This document shows positions 62,330 through 64,000 of a stretch of 64,000 nucleotides of DNA, in pieces; positions within the stretch are counted from its first letter, which is position 1; each line of letters opens with the position of its first letter. The notes under the pieces were generated by a model. That model did no database searches, had not been told where the DNA came from, and saw nothing but the letters and a program-made list of their open reading frames with translations. The position numbers and the translations under genes are program-made. The DNA lies in assembly GCA_036172245.1 (NCBI GenBank), contig JAYWIR010000003.1, forward strand, positions 1,612,001 through 1,676,000, written 5' to 3'. This DNA is from Raillietiella orientalis. Its lineage: Eukaryota.

Positions 62330-63325
62330 ACACGCTGCTTCGGAAGGGAAGCAGAAAAGTAGTGTTCTATATTGAGGCCCTCATTCAGCGTAATCGAGAA
62401 CCCCCGAAGAACTCACCACCGATGAAACGGACGCGACTTCCGCTCCAGCCCCGGTTGCGGCATCGGTCCCCAAAAGAAGGCCAGAAACGAAGTCCTTGAC
62501 ACTTCAGAACTGCCCATTTCTGACGAACCCTTCAACGGACATCACCATCACCTGGCTAGAAGCCACTATGGAGACGGCAGTAGGGGCAGCGGTAGTCCAC
62601 GTCAACCAAGAAGACGGAGCTCTGAAACAACGGAAACTGCTATCAATGTATATCATCTTCGCTGAGAGAAGAGGGTCTTCTCGATAATCCACGAGCAGGG
62701 TATCCGTTCGTCGTTGAGGACCACCATAGAAACAAAGTTCCATGGGAGGTCTCCGTTGAGATCTCCACAATGACTAGAAGACTCAGTGAGTGGACGACGA
62801 GCCAGCTAACGGCCCCCCCAAGTGTGGGGGACCCCTTCAATTCGTTCAGATAGAGCAGGTGTGTAGCCACCTCTTCAGATGTTGACGGAGAGGACCCCTC
62901 CATTCCGGGGGGATCCTCTCAAGTCTTACTGATGGAGTAGGTGTGTAGCCGCTTCTCCACAGAGTGCAAAGAACCCTTCCGCTCTCTTCGGAGAGTGCCC
63001 TTCTGAAAAATTTCAGAATTGTCCCTTCGAGGTTCTCTTCAGAGGAGGAAATCAGGACAGGTTCCCTTGCGGGTTCCCTCCGGAGAAGAAATTCCTATTA
63101 GCGGATTCTTTTCGGTTCCCTTAGGAGAAGAAAAATGAAGCAACCCCCTTCGGGGGTCCCTCCGGAGAGAATAAGGAAGGAAGTTCCCTTCGGGGTTCTC
63201 CTTCGGAGACAACCAGGGTGGAGATTCCCTTGCAGGATCCTCCCCAAGCGTGAGAGGAATGGACTACGAGTCCTTCCTAAATTCATAGGGCAGACTCCCC
63301 TCCAGGGGTACCCCCCTATCTTGAA
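62330..63325 (+). mobile_element. 3' end of an RLE-type (R2/R4/NeSL-like) non-LTR element: decayed PD-(D/E)xK nuclease plus structured 3' UTR
   Basis: RRPE (62475), DITITW (62538), RKLLSMY (62631) and YPFVV (62701) follow the RPD...DVTxP...KxxKY...PxVVG order with one frameshift. Stop at ~62853. A hairpin-rich tail shared with the SINE follows. Confidence 0.55.
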
Positions 63326-64000
63326 AAATTGTCCTATCTCGAAGAATGTTTACGAGGTGGGACATTCGGGGACACTGCGACCCCGAGTGTCTCACCTCGT
63401 GGACTTTTGCGCTGGAGCGTGACACTGAATATTCCGGAGGAAGACCTGCAATGGCCCTTGGTGCTCATGAACACCTGCGTCCTCCCCTCAAAGTGGCAGG
63501 AGCTGGCGCTGCTGCTGCTGCTGCATGGGGTCTCCCGCAGGCATCACTGGGAGTGTGGACCCGAACTGTGCCAGGTGCGGGGAGAGCGAATCCCTCCCGC
63601 ACCTGCCTGTGGATTGCGTTGCTCCCCGGTTTCTCTGGGAACGCTTCGCCGCGACCCCTGAATCCCCGGCGGCAACTCCAAGGACGCTCCAGACTTCTCT
63701 ACCTATGTGATGCCCTTCGACCAGCAGCCTCGCTGGCAACTCTCTGCTGCCTAGGGCGACGCAAGAGGAGGACCCAGCAACAGGGATGCCGTCCACTCCG
63801 CCGTCCGCTTCCTGATGATGGCAACAAGCTGGCTCACCTGGAAAACAACATCCATCAAGAGCATCCTCCAAAGGATTCAGGGGATTGCTCCCAGCAGGCA
63901 GTGATCTCTTCCCGCATCCCCCCAAATTTATTTGTTTCTTTTTCTTTTTTTTGTTTGCCCTCTCGCCTCTGCTGCCGTGATGGACCTCACCAGACTGAAA
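63326..64000 (+). mobile_element. Family A 3' region, running off the window end
   Basis: 'PSKWQELALLLLLHG' and 'DPNCARCGESESLPHLPVDC' (CCHC), collinear with 28130-29200. Confidence 0.75.

Overview
Eukaryotic window, most likely from an invertebrate animal (inferred from spliceosomal introns of about 40-60 nt and a metazoan-type CNOT10). Two conserved housekeeping genes lie in AT-rich, CpG-poor blocks: DPH2 (minus, 15694-17248, 5 exons) and CNOT10 (plus, 31646-36284, 10 coding exons, one GC-AG intron). Two more genes appear only after splicing, and lie mostly in GC/CpG-rich DNA: a SPATA6-domain gene (plus, ~21188-23315) and a mucin-stalk single-pass membrane protein of no family I recognise (minus, ~49031-41485). 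Most of the rest is decayed non-LTR retrotransposons (APE-type L1/Tx1-like and RLE-type remnants), several of them nested. The best lead is a tRNA-headed SINE of about 0.75-0.9 kb (29218-30105 plus, 46135-46870 minus). Its hairpin/UUCG-rich body is shared with the 3' end of an RLE-type retrotransposon remnant (62330-63325), which suggests a SINE-RLE LINE partnership. There is also a near-perfect 668-bp inverted repeat (51902-52569 / 53867-54534). All calls are by-eye motif recognition with no database searches, and TE boundaries are approximate.
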